Positions 41,370 to 54,779 of a stretch of 64,000 nt of DNA are shown one piece after another (the first letter of the stretch is position 1; the number at the start of each line of letters is the position of its first letter). A program made the position numbers and the translations under genes. Source of the DNA: Octopus vulgaris (lineage: Eukaryota); assembly GCA_951406725.2 (NCBI GenBank), contig OX597814.1, forward strand, positions 151,156,001-151,220,000, given 5' to 3'. The notes under the pieces were generated by a model. It did not search any database, was not told where the DNA came from, and was given only the letters and a program-made list of their open reading frames with translations.

Positions 41370-41648
41370 GTTCAAAACGAAATCTACAAAATGTGGCAAA
41401 GGTCACAGCTTAGCGAAATTCCTTGCTTTTATTGTCATTTCTCGTTCTGTAAACGTCATGAATGGAGGCGAAGCCGGAGTTACGATGCTGCTACTAGACC
41501 CTCCGACATAAGCACAGTTGTGTCAATGAGTGTGCTGCAGACACAAGACAAAGAGAGTCCAGTAGGTATGAACTGCATTGACAAACCGCTAAAGGACCTG
41601 GAATATCAGCCGATGATGAACACTACAGGGGTCATTGAAATTAGCTGA
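41370..41648 (+). CDS. Terminal coding exon B of a class B GPCR: VQNEIYKMWQRSQLSEIPCFYCHFSFC...GVIEIS* (92 aa)
   Basis: Strong acceptor (t)n-actttcag|GTT, helix-8 motif VQxEI..W.R, Ser/Thr-rich tail, AATAAA overlapping the stop. Confidence 0.72.
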   Translation, partial: VQNEIYKMWQRSQLSEIPCFYCHFSFCKRHEWRRSRSYDAATRPSDISTVVSMSVLQTQDKESPVGMNCIDKPLKDLEYQPMMNTTGVIEIS

Positions 41649-42119
41649 ATAAACTTACAGCATCAACTGCTCCGGATCTCTGTGTCAACATACCATTTAA
41701 AACAAGTACAATTACAACTACTACTATAAATATCATCAACAAAGTCATCAACAACAGCAGATACTACTACTACAACTACTACAACTATTACTACTACTAC
41801 TACTGCTACTACTACTACGACTAATGAAAGTTTAACAGCGGCAATATCAGCATTATATTAGACAAGAACAACCACAAAATCAGTAAAACCATTCGGGTAT
41901 GACTTCGACAGCAAAAATTATATGCTCGTCATTATATCAAAACAAAATCATCTACATTTGGGGTCGACTCTTGTAAGCTAAAAGATAAAAACGAAAAACT
42001 TACTTGGAGTGAGGCAAAATAATTTTTCTTACAAATTTGAGAAAAAATTATTTTGTGATATCTTATATTGTACAAAAATCAACAGCAACAACAACAACAA
42101 CAACAACAACAATAATAAT

Positions 42120-42600
42120 AATAAGGATTTCATTTATTTGCCACCAGGGTGAGGGGGAGAATACAAAGACAGTCACAAAGTGTTGGGGTTTACATATAAT
42201 GAAATGATAGAATAAGTAAATGACAAAAAAAAAGAGTAAGTATACTCGATATACAATGAAAAGGAAGGGAAATATATATAGATTACAAAGGTTATAAAAA
42301 AGTAGGAGATGATCGAGATGTAGTCCTCCTTACACAGGATGAACTCAGGGTAAATCGAGGAAACCCACTGTCCAAGATTTCTCTGAACACTAAGGACTAG
42401 TGCTCTCCCCAATTCCTTTTCTCCGACTGCAAGGTCTACACTTAGAGAGGTACCATCCACTCTTGCCATTTTCGCAACTTTTACCTACCTTTCAATAAAC
42501 TCACGCGATGGCTGCACTTCCCTCTCCACCCTCTATTATTTTTTTCAAGTGAAACTTGAAGAAGTCATTGAGACCTTTACCAAAGAGGAATGTATCAATA
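42120..42600 (-). mobile_element. 3' fragment of an L1/Tx1-like LINE
   Basis: Minus-strand FFKFHLKK...VEREVQPSREFIER.VKVAKMARVDGTSLSVDL; ends at (TTA)n/(TTG)n. Confidence 0.5.
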
Positions 42601-43761
42601 ATAATAATGGAAGATTGAGACCTGAAATTATAAATCATAACTTTAAAAATTGCTGAAATAAAGTAAGATTGATCATGGTTGAGTACTTACTGTAGATTTG
42701 GGTGAGGCTAGACACTCATCCCACCCACCCCCACACATACACACACAAAAAATCGCGCAATTGGGAACTACTGTTGTACAGTATCACCGAAAACTGCACA
42801 TAGATATTGAACGGAACACACAATCGTGATAAGAAAACACATTCCGGTCAGATATCAAAAAGGCCAATATGATCGTATAATAGGAATAGCAACACACTAC
42901 GCTCCGAAATCGACGGGAACAACATGATTGTGATAGCAGAATAAGTAACGACTATTAAGAAAAGTGTCTGCGTTATAAGGAATAGTTTCAAGCTAACATG
43001 GGTCTAACTTTGGGTCAATTTGAAGTCAAGTAACAAAATATTGTAAGCAAATACGAATCAAATGCAAACAGAATTGGTAACAAGAAAGTAATAGCAGCAA
43101 ACTACATAGCCAAAATTACAGCAGCGAGAACAACAATAACAATAATAACAGAAATAGCAGCAACAGCGCTTCATAACAACAATCAGAACTGCGTGTTACG
43201 CAGTGGGGAATAGAATTGGCAGCGCACCTGTCATAACTACACATGCCTCGCGGTATTTAGTTACGTTCTTATTTATTGAGCTCAAATCCAGCCGGAGTCA
43301 ACAATATTATCAAAGAACAACAAAAAGACAAAGAGAAAATTCTTAACAAAACCAAACCAACCACACAAATAAAGCCAAGAAAATTTCATTGAAAAATTTC
43401 TTCTGAAAAACACGCAAAATGTCACATACATGTTAAGTTGATTGTCTGTCATGTGGAAAAAAATGTCCTTTAAATATCTTTAATCGGTTATTTATCAAAT
43501 ATAATTTAAATTCTATTCAAACATTAAATAAACTATCAAAAAAGAAAAAAAACTGAAGAAATTCCATTATCATGAACGAGGAAAACAAATTGACTAAATA
43601 GCTCTAATATTTAGTTTTGAGAAATCTCTGAATCATTATTTCGTCTTTGTTATTTTAATTTTGTTATTCATTCATTTCTGTGTGAGTGTGTACTGATGAA
43701 TTATACTTTATTGTTAACGAAATGAAATAAACATGAAACCAGAATAACATAATGTTCGCCG

Positions 43762-43812
<51 letters not shown>

Positions 43813-43989
43813 TTTATTTGTGATTTAACAAGGTTACAATTTGTTTCAGGTTGAAAGAAATCTCAACAATTATCAAGCTTGCCACATGGGACGCTAGTGG
43901 CTTCCATCTTGGATGAAAACAACATGTGCATATATATATATATATATGTCATTGCTACATGTCTAATAAGCTGACCTGCTAACTTTTGT

Positions 43990-44788
43990 CATTCCAGTTT
44001 GAAGAGGACGGCTGTAACGACACTTTGAACATGGTTTACAAAATACTACTTATCACAGCTGACTAGTTTGCAGGAACTTCCGAAATGCTCCAGAACGTGT
44101 ATGGCTTTGATTTTTTTTCTTGGCACAAGAGTTTCAAGGACAGTAAAGAGGAGGTGAGAGACAGCGAGAGGTGTAGAAGGGATAGGGATGTCCGAACATC
44201 AGAGCTGGTTGAGAACATTGAAAGGAGTTAAAAACTCTAATTTTCTTTAAAGTAGGATCCTCTGATTTCAATGCACATGTGGTCAGCACTCTAGTCACTT
44301 CGTGAAGCCCCTCCCCATGATAGACCATTATGTGTCTATATAAACAATAAACATATAGTTCGGAGTTCGAGCGGCAACTGCACACAAAATTATTCATAAA
44401 GTTCTGAACATGCGCAAAATGTATGCAAAGTTTGTTCCCTGGCTGTTCAGTGGCGGGCATCCTAGTAACCAACTACTTGACAGAGACGGGCACCAAAACT
44501 GTCCCACTTTCTCCCCACTGTTCAGACCCTGTTCCCTGTGACCTTTGATTGTTCCCCAAACTGAAGGAGAACCTCAGAGGCAGTCGTTTTGAAGATGGAG
44601 TCTGTGACAATAGTCCTTGACACTTTCACTTTGGAAGACTACCATTGGGGACCTCACGAAGTGGACGGAGAGCTAGAGCATGTGCATTGAAGTCAGAAGA
44701 TCCTACTTTGAAGGAGATAAGAGTTTTGTACTTTGAAATTAATAAATGTCTCTTCTGGAAGAGTCAGAAAACTTTGAAATGCACCTCG
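43990..44788 (+). mobile_element. Decayed mariner transposon
   Basis: SPHCSDPVPCDL*LFPKLKENLRGSRFE (YSPDLAPCD-like); right TIR gaaaactttgaaatgcacctcg|TA. Confidence 0.72.
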
Positions 44789-45295
44789 TATTAGGCTTTC
44801 GATTTGCGTGTTTGCTTACGTTTATGCCACTTACTGGAAATTGCGACATAAGAGCCAAATATAAGATAAACGAAAGTTGTTACGTTGCTTTGTTATATGT
44901 ATAAGACTTAAATTTCATATAGCGATTGTTATCTTCCAGGTCCGATTAATTAAATTTATGTATTCTGCACGTATAGCAAACATAAGGATCCGAATTGATC
45001 TAAGTCTTTTGAGCAATACTGAGTAGAGAGAAACTGCGGAGAAACATATTGGATTAATGTGCATGTAATTCAAATGTGCAACTCGTCATGTATTATTTGT
45101 CAAGCCTATATTCGGTCCGGCAGTTACGATAAGGGTACACCTGACTGCGAAATACTTAGCAACATTTCTATTGAACAAGCACATATTTCACTTGATCCAA
45201 CAAATGAATGACCATTGTCAATGTCGACGTAGAATCTATTGTTTATGTGTGTGTGTAGGTGCAGGTGTGTGTGTTTATGTGTGTGTGTGTGTGTG

Positions 45296-45588
45296 TGGAG
45301 GCACATGGCCTAGTGGTTAGAGCAGCGGACTCGCGTTCGAGGGATCGCGGGTTCGAATCTCAGACCGGGCGATATATGTGTTTATGAGCGAAATACCTAA
45401 GCTCCACGCGGCTCCGGCATAAGGTAATGGCGAACTTCTGCTGACTCTTTCGCCACAACTTTCTCTCACTCTTTCCTCCTGCATCTTGCAACTCACCTGC
45501 GACGGACCGGTGTCACGTCTAGGTGGGGAACCTATACGCCAAGGAAACCGGCCCTTATAAGCCAGGCGTGGCTCGAGAAGGAACAAAC
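45296..45588 (+). mobile_element. SINE family Y
   Basis: tggcctagtggttagagcagcggactcgcg...gggttcgaatctc. Confidence 0.85.
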
Positions 45589-45834
45589 ACATATATATAT
45601 AATGAATATGATTATATAATATTCATATAGTAATATATACTCAATTTAAAGCGACTAAGCCTAAACAATTGACTTGAAATTATTTCCTCTTCTCAAGTGG
45701 AGCTAGTTTTAATTGCGAGCCATTCAGTAATTAAGGTACTTCTAGGGACGGGGATAATTTTTACAAATCAAGAATTTATGATGTATGGTATTTCATATAG
45801 TTGTATTTGTCTACATACATACATACATACACAG

Positions 45835-46180
45835 TTAAAGAGTAAAGCTCCCCTTCGGTCATAAATGACCATGAGATTGCACCTAGAAAGTTACCCCATC
45901 GAGGCACAAGTAAGGGCAAGGTTGTTTTTAGTGAAGACTAGCAGTCGCCCATGCATACCAGCTTCCCCTCTCCACACCAACGATGTTATCCAAGGGAAAG
46001 GCAAAGGCTGATAAAACTTGGGACCAGTGACGTCACAACTCATTTCTGCAGCTGAGTGAATTTGAACAAAGTGAAATAAAGTGTCTTGTTCAAGAACGCA
46101 ACAATCAACCCGGTCCGAGAATCGAACTCACTACCTCATGACTGTGAACCCGACGCTCTATCTACTGAGGCGTACGCTTT
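45835..46180 (-). mobile_element. SINE family Z
   Basis: Homologous to 10420-10752. Confidence 0.8.
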
Positions 46181-46181
46181 T

Positions 46182-46254
<73 letters not shown>

Positions 46255-47036
46255 TATTAAATTTTTGGGAAACGATATATAAAAACTTGAGCATTATTAA
46301 TTTTTAAAAGTTTGATGCTGACTGTGATTCGGGCATTGATGACGGCTTGTAAACTGAAACTTAAGAGTTTAATAGAGCAGCACCTATGGATATCAAATGC
46401 ATTAATATATCTCACCAGTTATTCTGGTAACGATATTTCGCCTATGTAGCAACACTTTTTCTACGGAGTTTGCGATGGTCTTGAAAACTCATCTATAAAG
46501 TTTTCGGCAGCTTTATAAACACCTGACGTTTTATCAACACGAATCTTTGAATATTTAATGCCATACGATTTCATAAATTTTTATAACCAGCTTCCAATAT
46601 TTTTTTTCTTTTTAGCGTTAATCAATCCATTAAGCTTGATATATTCACTCCAATGCTGACGAACCTCCTCTATCAACAGACGATCATTTATTTTTATTCT
46701 ATGTAATGTTTGTTTTGTTTTGTTTCTGGCTTTGGTATGTGCTTTTGTTGCTCTCTCTCCCTCTTCCTCTCTCTCTCTCTCTCTCTCTCTCAATCTCTCT
46801 CTCTCTACATTTTTTAAACTTCTGTTTTTATTACTTTCAACTAAGAGACTCAACAATTTATCTCTCTGCTTCTTTAAGTTATGTACGGCGATTGTTCGAA
46901 TGTCAAAACTCTTCAATCACATTTACACCGTCGTCGAGGTTCCTCCAACGATTCGACTGCTCGTACTAATGATAAATACAAACGCGTTCTTTCTCTTTCA
47001 TTATCTTTTCGCTATTACTCACGAAAATATCTGCAG

Positions 47037-47068
47037 GCTTTTTCGACACTTTCAACGCAAAATACGAG
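47037..47068 (+). CDS. Candidate exon (G)FFDTFNAKYE of a possible second class B GPCR
   Basis: Donor gag|gtaagt and possible acceptor ctgcag|. Joins in frame to 55896-55966. Confidence 0.3.
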
Positions 47069-47360
47069 GTAAGTAATGCACGCACCAATGAGTTGTTAAA
47101 ACAATTACTGTTAATAAACAGACTCCAACTTAACTGGGCCGTACAATTTTAGTCCACACCGGATAATGTTTTTTCCTAACAATAACAACTCGATGCAAGC
47201 TTAGCAACAGCTGTCAATATCCAGGAAACCCTCCGGGAAATTTCTAGAGTTTTCCATTTGCATTGCTTCTCTTACTCCAACAGTTACAAATTTTTCGGTA
47301 TTTCACATCAAGGATTATCAGATATGTGGCGTGTCTTTGTATGCGTATATAGAGATACAT

Positions 47361-47404
<44 letters not shown>

Positions 47405-47426
47405 GCATATATATGTGTGTGTATTC

Positions 47427-47470
<44 letters not shown>

Positions 47471-47523
47471 ATGTATGTATATGTATATATATATTTGTGT
47501 ATATATATATGTATATACATATA

Positions 47524-47568
<45 letters not shown>

Positions 47569-47577
47569 ATATACAAT

Positions 47578-47815
47578 ACTTTTAAGTAATGATTTGTGAT
47601 GATTAGAATTAATATTTATGTATTTAAGATATTCATTTGGTTTGTGAAATGAAGAGTAGGTTTCATTATCAAGGTCTAAGGTTCCATCTAAAAAATTTGC
47701 CTTAGAATAACTTTTTTCAAATGTAATAGATAACCCGAAATTTTTATAAAATTTATGTAATTCCTCTTTCATTTTCCCTATTTTTCTTTTAAATCTACCG
47801 TTATAGATAAGGAGT
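47578..47815 (-). mobile_element. Penelope-like RT fragment (distal palm/thumb)
   Basis: [57 protein letters not shown] matches the PLE 'NFLD...KP...Y..SNHP' pattern. Confidence 0.78.
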
Positions 47816-47896
47816 CTATAACAATTTTACAATTTTACTTCAAATTTTTTTTTTTAAAAACTATCATTCGATATATTATACAATATTCATATTTTA

Positions 47897-47988
47897 TATC
47901 TCTGAAGAGCAGAAGGGTTGTCTATAAATGCTTATCAATATAGGATTTCATTATAGGGACAACTCTTCTGCGAAACGATAGTAAGATG
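47897..47988 (+). ncRNA. Type I hammerhead with long stem II (family D)
   Basis: atct-CTGAAGA-gcagaagggttgtc...gacaactcttctgc-GAAAC-gata-GTA-agat; canonical G10.1-C11.1. Confidence 0.78.
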
Positions 47989-48174
47989 CTCAAATAATTA
48001 ATTCAAAATTTTTAAACTATCAAATTTATTTTATACATTATATTTATGTTTTTATATTTATTTATTTATATATATTTTTAATATAATAATTTCCTTCACA
48101 CGGGTATATCTTTATGGTGAGTTTGGATATTAATTTCCCTATATCAATAATAATAATATATTATTAAAAAAATA

Positions 48175-48239
<65 letters not shown>

Positions 48240-48265
48240 AGAGTAGATCGTATACGAGTGGGTAT

Positions 48266-48410
48266 ATATTTGTAAAAAAGAAGTTTGAAAACGCCACTAT
48301 ATTAGATAAATTTTAATTTTCCTATGAATTTTACATGTTTCGGTTCTTGAAAAAACGAACCTTATCAAAAATATTATAAAAAGTGCAAAGGAAAAGTTCA
48401 TAATCGTTTT
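48266..48410 (-). mobile_element. PLE terminal fragment with U3-A8 hammerhead (family E; HHR at 48328-48372)
   Basis: Homologous to 11499-11604. attt-TTGATAA-ggttc...gaacc-GAAAC-at-GTA-aaat. Confidence 0.65.
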
Positions 48411-48455
48411 TTACTGGTCTCAATACATACATACATACATATATATATATGTATG

Positions 48456-48522
<67 letters not shown>

Positions 48523-48584
48523 TCTTTTACTGTTTTACTTGTTTCAGCGATGCGGTCGTGGTCATGCTGGAGCATCGCCATGGT

Positions 48585-48826
48585 CTTTCTGACTTCCTCA
48601 GTCTGGGTGTTTCATATCACCACTCTTGTATGTACCTTTGTCCCAGCTGTTGGTACATTCGGTGTATAAGGGAGTTTGATTCCGCTTCCCTTGCTGCACC
48701 TTATGTCGGGCTGTTGGTTCATCCGGTATTGTGAAGAGGAGGATGTCTAGTTCCTTTTTGAAGATATCTACTTCCACCTTATGCAAATTTCTTAATTTTT
48801 GTGTCAGGGCATTGAAGAGCTGTGGG
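48585..48826 (-). mobile_element. CR1-clade LINE 3' fragment
   Basis: PQLFNALTQKLRNLHKVEVDIFKKELDILLFTIPDEPT parallels the C-termini of the two larger LINEs. Confidence 0.7.
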
Positions 48827-48931
48827 CATATGTATGTATGTATGGATATGTAAAGTATATATATACATATATACTTACATATGTACATGCATATATACAT
48901 ACATATATGTGTGTGTGTGTGTGTGTGTGCG

Positions 48932-49235
48932 TGGAGGTGCAATGGCCCAGTGGTTAGGGCAGCGGACTCGCGGTTGTAGGATCGCGGTTTCGATTCCTAG
49001 ACCGGGCGTTGTGAGTGTTTATTGAGCGAAAACACCTAAAGCTCCACGAGGCTCCGGCAGGGGGTGGTGGCGATCCCAGCTGTACTCTTTCGCTGCAACT
49101 TTCTCTCACTCTTTCTACAGTTGGCCTGCTCGCTTAGCCAGTGGGGTGTCGTCATTTGAAGGCTAAAAAACAATGCGAAGCGCATTGTGACCAGCGATGT
49201 GTAGAAACATCTGATGGTCTAGACGGTCACGTGAT

Positions 49236-49241
<6 letters not shown>
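48932..49241 (+). mobile_element. SINE with family Y head and a distinct tail ending (cacgtgat)n
   Basis: Head near-identical to 6785-7167; tail differs. Confidence 0.82.
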
Positions 49242-49275
<34 letters not shown>

Positions 49276-49300
49276 GCACGCGAATATACACTCGCGTGCA

Positions 49301-49342
<42 letters not shown>

Positions 49343-50057
49343 GTTTGTGAAGATATAAACCTACTCCAACAAAGTATATATAAAGTATATATGAACACGT
49401 ATGTTTGTATTCGTGCGGCTATCTGTGTATGTGCGTGCAATGCATTTAAACATTTAGATACTTGTTTATATTAAAAGTGGATAACCATTCAACAGTAGCT
49501 AAGGTTTTTTTGAACAAGTGTATTTCTCGTTCATTTGCTCTTTTCTCTTTCCAACTCTAGAGATGTCAACGTAGACGTTTACCTTAAATACATATGACAA
49601 AAGTGCTTAGGTTGATAGCAAAATGTCAGCAAAATATTTATTGCGTTTATGTTGAGAGCAAATCGAGTGCTTACGTTTGGTTTTGTTTTCGTTTTTATCA
49701 TCAATCTTTATCTCCATAAGCCTTTATTATTATTCTTCAGCTAATATTAAAGGAATGAGCGGTAAAATAAATGAATGAAAAAAAATACACTATACAGAAA
49801 CATAGACAGATGCCTACATGAAAGTAGCCTTTTGACATTTGAGTCATTAAAGTGTTTTATCGAGTTTCATCGTGGAAAATAAGTTCATCTAACCTTGAAC
49901 TGCAATTTGTGGATTGTAAGCTTCTTATAAAAAGACAGCTTCAGATTCTTGATATAGCTATGTTATAAAGAGGAAACCTGGTATGAGCAAATGATATCTC
50001 CATTATGTGTCACAGAACTGTGAAAGGTTAGCGTAGCGGTCACTCATGAGTTAGTAT

Positions 50058-50364
50058 GATTTGTTTGTTCCTTCTCGAGCCATGCCTGGCTCATAAGAGC
50101 CGGTTTCCCGGTTCCATTGGCGTATAGGTTCCCCACCTGGACGGGACACCGGTCCGTCGCAGGTGAGCTGCAAGATGCAGGAGGAAAGAGTGAGAGAAAG
50201 TTGTGGCGAAAGAGTCAGCAGAAGTTCGCCATTACCTTCTGCCCGAGCCGCGTGGAGCTTAGGTGCTTCGCTCATAAACACACACATCGCCCGGTCTGAG
50301 ATTCGAACCTGCGAACCCTCGACCGCGAGTCCGCTGCTCTAACCACTAGGCCATGAACCTCCAC
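50058..50364 (-). mobile_element. SINE family Y with TSD agttagtat
   Basis: TSD at 50049-50057 and 50365-50373. Confidence 0.85.
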
Positions 50365-50708
50365 AGTTAGTATAACTTGGTAACTTGCATCCCGCTTCTG
50401 CTATTTGTTTTCGGTACCTATGTAGTTTACGAGAAGACATTGGTACCGTGTTGGTCCTCCCGCCTTTGGTGCATCAGAACATTGAGTATACAATTGGAAG
50501 GAGAGAGAGCTGCACCAAAAGTCGGTTGGTACTTATATTCAGCTAAGTAAAGTGGCATGAAATGTTGTTTCTTGTTTAAGGACAAAACATAGAGAAAGGT
50601 CTATCTGTAGGCGAAAGGTCAAAGTGAGAATTTGCGCTTTGTCCACCGTGAAATCGATAAATAAGTACCAAACAATATTTTGGATTTTATACGATAGACT
50701 CTTTAATG

Positions 50709-53013
50709 CAGGGGTGTGCAACAGTTTACATTGGGGGAGGGAGCCACTTTCAAGCATTGGAACAAAAATTAGGGCTAGTCACCATCAAAAATATGTGATT
50801 CAATGGCAGCTAGTATACTGGGTCACGAATACATTGTGAATACATTTTTAAACAATAAAGACAAATAAAATTAAATTTAGTTTTATTAATGTGAGACTTG
50901 GTATTTTGTGTTTTCGCACAATTTATCAACGTCCGCTCTTACTGATGGGGTGGCAATTGGAAGCTGACCGGTCAGATGTTCATCTGTGAGCTGACTTCGG
51001 TATCTCTTTCTTGTAAATTTCATTCTTGAGAACTTCTCACAATATTTGCTCCCAAAAAGGGATGTCATTTTCCTAGCATATTGCTCCAAATTTGGATGCT
51101 TTCCACATACATAATTTTTGCAGAAAGTTACCAAGCCATTGCTATCATATGCGCTTTTCAAGTCCATATCAGACTGCAAATCTATTGGCTCCACTTAACA
51201 CCAATCAGGAATCTCCTCAGGTACCATGTCAAATGACTGAGAAAATAGCTTGAACTCAGTTTCACATTTCCTGAAATCAGCAAATTTGCTTGTAAATTCA
51301 GCACACAACTTGCCGACGTTTTCAGCATATTTGAAACAATCCGAATCTGGTATTTCTGCTTTTCTGACAGCTAAACTGGGAAAATGAGTGAGTGCTGTTC
51401 TACTCAGCTCAGACTGAAAAAGTTGTAGTTTCTTTTCAAAAGAACAAATGTGTTCAAATGTCTTGTTCACCAGCTGACTTTTACCTTGCAGTTTAACATT
51501 TAAATCTGAAAGATGTTGTGTGATGTCAGGAAAGCAGTGTCATTTAACCAGTCATCATCATTTAAATAAGCAGCATCTTGCTGCTTATTTATCATGAATG
51601 ATCCAATCTCCTTTCTTAGATTCCAAAATCTTTTCTGAGTAGCAGCTCTACTTAACCAACACACTGCAGAGAAGTGCACAACATCAGGATAACCCGAGTC
51701 AAGTTCTTCTGAGAAGGACTTAAATTGTCGATGATTTAGTCCTCGAGCACGAATGTAGTTCACACATTGAACAACACTTGTCATAACACCAGTAAAGTCA
51801 AGAACTTTTGTGCACAATCTTTCCTGTTGTATAATGCAGTGATTCACCACAATCTCTTGTGAACCGATGGTATCCAAAAATTTCTTAGTGAATCCATTGG
51901 TTCCACCTGTCATTGAGGGTTCCCCATCAATTGTCAGGCAACACAGTTTAGAAGGGTCAAGTTGAGACTTCTCCATCAACTTTAAGATTTGATCACTAAT
52001 GGCTTGTCCAGTGGTCGTTGAAGACATACTGGCCATGTCCAAAAATTCTTCACTTATTTCAAAATTGTCAGTAACTCCTCGTACAAACACAACCAATTGT
52101 ACAATGTCACATCTGTACTTTCATCAAGAGCCAAACTATATGCTGCACACTTATTTATCCTCTCCTTTAAAGTCTCTTCGATATTTTCTGCAAGTTGATT
52201 TATTCTTTGCGACACAGTAAAACGAGACAGACTGGTTTGCTGCAATAAATGTTTCTTTTCGAGACATGCAAAATCAGTAAATATGAACCCTCCATCACTG
52301 AAGGGTTTTTCCTTTTCTGCTATTGATTCATAAATTTTGAATTTAAGCTTTGTTACAAGCCAGAGTCTTTCTTATAATATGTAGATACTCCTTGTTGCTT
52401 TTTAATTAACTTGGTCATCTGTTGTAGTTTGTCCACTCGAGCTTGGCCTACTAATGTACCATATATGGTTGAATATTTCGTTGTATAATGATGTTTAATG
52501 TTGTATTCTTTCACTACGGCTATTGTAGTTTCGTAGATTACACATACAACACCTTTGTTGAGCTGAACAACCAAATATTTGTTGCTCCAGTGATTGTTGA
52601 ATATTTCCCCTCACCATCAATTTTCTGTTTTTTAGCAGCAGACATCTTTACCTGCATAAAATATGAAAAATATTAAAACGGTTTGAATTATCATAAAGGT
52701 GAAAGGGAAGGGATCAAAGAACCCTTCCCTTTCACCTCTATGAATTTGAATTGATGGTTTGTCTTCTAGCAACTACAAGAAATGAATAATAAATTCAAAA
52801 CAAAGTCTCTCTGTGTAGCACGCTTGAAAGTCAAAAATGCGCCGTTCTTGACATTTTGTAAGGTCGAATCGAAAACTGTAAAATTGGTCTTACGGCTACG
52901 AAAAAATCTAAAAACTAGCATACGAGATAAAAAAAATAATAAAACGGTTAGCAAGGACCACACTGACTGGCCTGGCGAGTTGTGGCCCGCGGGGCGTCTG
53001 TTGCACATCCCTA
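50709..53013 (-). mobile_element. Full-length hAT DNA transposon (Buster/Charlie/SPIN, GTF2IRD2-like), transposase pseudogenised
   Basis: TIRs caggggtgtgcaacag / ctgttgcacatcccta; perfect 8-bp TSD ctttaatg (50701-50708, 53014-53021). Broken ORF: MSAAKKQKIDGEG, KEYNIKHHY, YSLALDESTD, IDGEPSMTG, HCIIQQERLC, VCWLSR, FGSKYCEKFS. Confidence 0.93.
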
Positions 53014-54007
53014 CTTTAATGCTATATCCCAGCGTGGCCGTAGTTCAAATACTGGAATCAATAAAAGGATAGAAAAAAACACCTTTAATAATTATTGATA
53101 ATACACAAAGAATGAATGCAGGGCATGATATTTTTTCGCTGACGCAGACAAATACTAGCTTTATGGGAAAACAAAAATTAAATGCTACAGAATATAAAAC
53201 AGAAAAATATTCGTCTTTCACCAAAAAATAGCATTAACTCCTCCTTTTAACCCAACATCGACAGAATAATGGAATTTAGAACCTCTATAGCCTCGGGGCT
53301 GACAAAATAGAAAACATACATTTTAAAAAATCTGAAAGAAGCACTCTCATCGTCAAGGAGCTAAAACTATAACAACATTGTTAAACTCAAAACAATATAG
53401 GGAAAGTTGATTCAAAACTTCGACAAAAATTCAGATAAAGTAGCATAGTACGCACCCATCACTCTCCCATGCACACCCTCGAAAATTTTAGAAGGGCTCC
53501 TTGACACCACTAACCCCTGCAAACACACGTCGCCAAATCACAGACCCCCTACTCCCAGCCACCATTCTACTAAAAAACCTGATATAGAAAATAGATAACG
53601 ATTTCAACAGTAGCGAGAAAACACACACGCACACACCATTTTAACTACCATCGGCATCAGCATCAGGAAATTTTTCGAGTCCATCGCCCGTTATCTATTT
53701 ACGCGCAAAACACTTAAGACATCCTGAAGCGCAACATAAAACGTTAGTTAAAAAATTGTGTCGGGTCGTCAAACCTGCGTAGTGTTCAAACATCTGAAAA
53801 TTCCTGAACGTAGTACAACAAGGATGCATGTTCTGGACCATAATGTACCCTTCTTTTTAAGATAACAGAGCGTAGTTGGAGATTTGGCTGCTATTCCTTA
53901 CAGTTTGGACGACGGCATAAACCCTCGCATCTAAACTGTTTCCTTATTTGTGTAGTGCTGATGCTTTGATTTATTTGAAGAGAAACAGGCTGCTATGTGA
54001 TTATTAA

Positions 54008-54043
<36 letters not shown>

Positions 54044-54779
54044 TTTAGTCTCTGGGTTATACTTCTTTGTCACTCTATACCCATAAATCAGAAGGTGGAA
54101 ATGATCTTAGGGAAATCATCTTAAAACACTTCATTCATCAAAAAGAAAACCTCGACATGAGACTGGAAAAGGAAACTTGTGTCATCAAGCCACAGAACAA
54201 TAATTTTATCCAGTAAAATATTTACATCAAACTTGCATCTATACTTCTGGAATTGTAAAATCTCTATAGAATATAAATTTAAATTTCTGGTTATCGCCAT
54301 TGACAGGAAGCTATAATAAAGTTGAACAACAGTTTCAAGCGCTACCGAAAATTGCAAACAAATTGGAAATGAAAGGAACAACCACTACTTTCATAGTACG
54401 AATCCGAGGCATCTTTGAGTATAAACTTGTCTATTGAGATTCATACAGCATTCTTCGGTCAAATCAAACTAATCCAAAGGAAAGCACTCAAGATAATCAT
54501 AGTTGATAGATCTACAGCTTCTAAAAACACTTGCCATAAACAACACACATTACAGTAAATAGCTACAGCAACGTCACTTTATACACTACACAAAAGATAA
54601 AAATCCTTTAGAATTCAGACTGTCATCGCGCCATGAAAGTCGTTGTTGTTATTACTTAGCTTCAGGTCAATTTGCAAGATCAGGCATACGATCAAAAGCA
54701 TTCTTACCATCACCATATCGATTACGAAAGGGAAGAGGTCTCTCGCATGCCCTGCGACGAACCGGTATCGCGGAGTAAA

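Noticed and set aside
46720-47076. ORF-track 118-aa ORF as a gene
   Set aside because: Begins in (CT)n, has no recognisable domain, and its phase does not splice in frame to the 55896 exon.
53270-53800. Possible decayed RT fragment
   Set aside because: A/C-rich and ORF-like, but no diagnostic motif could be read.
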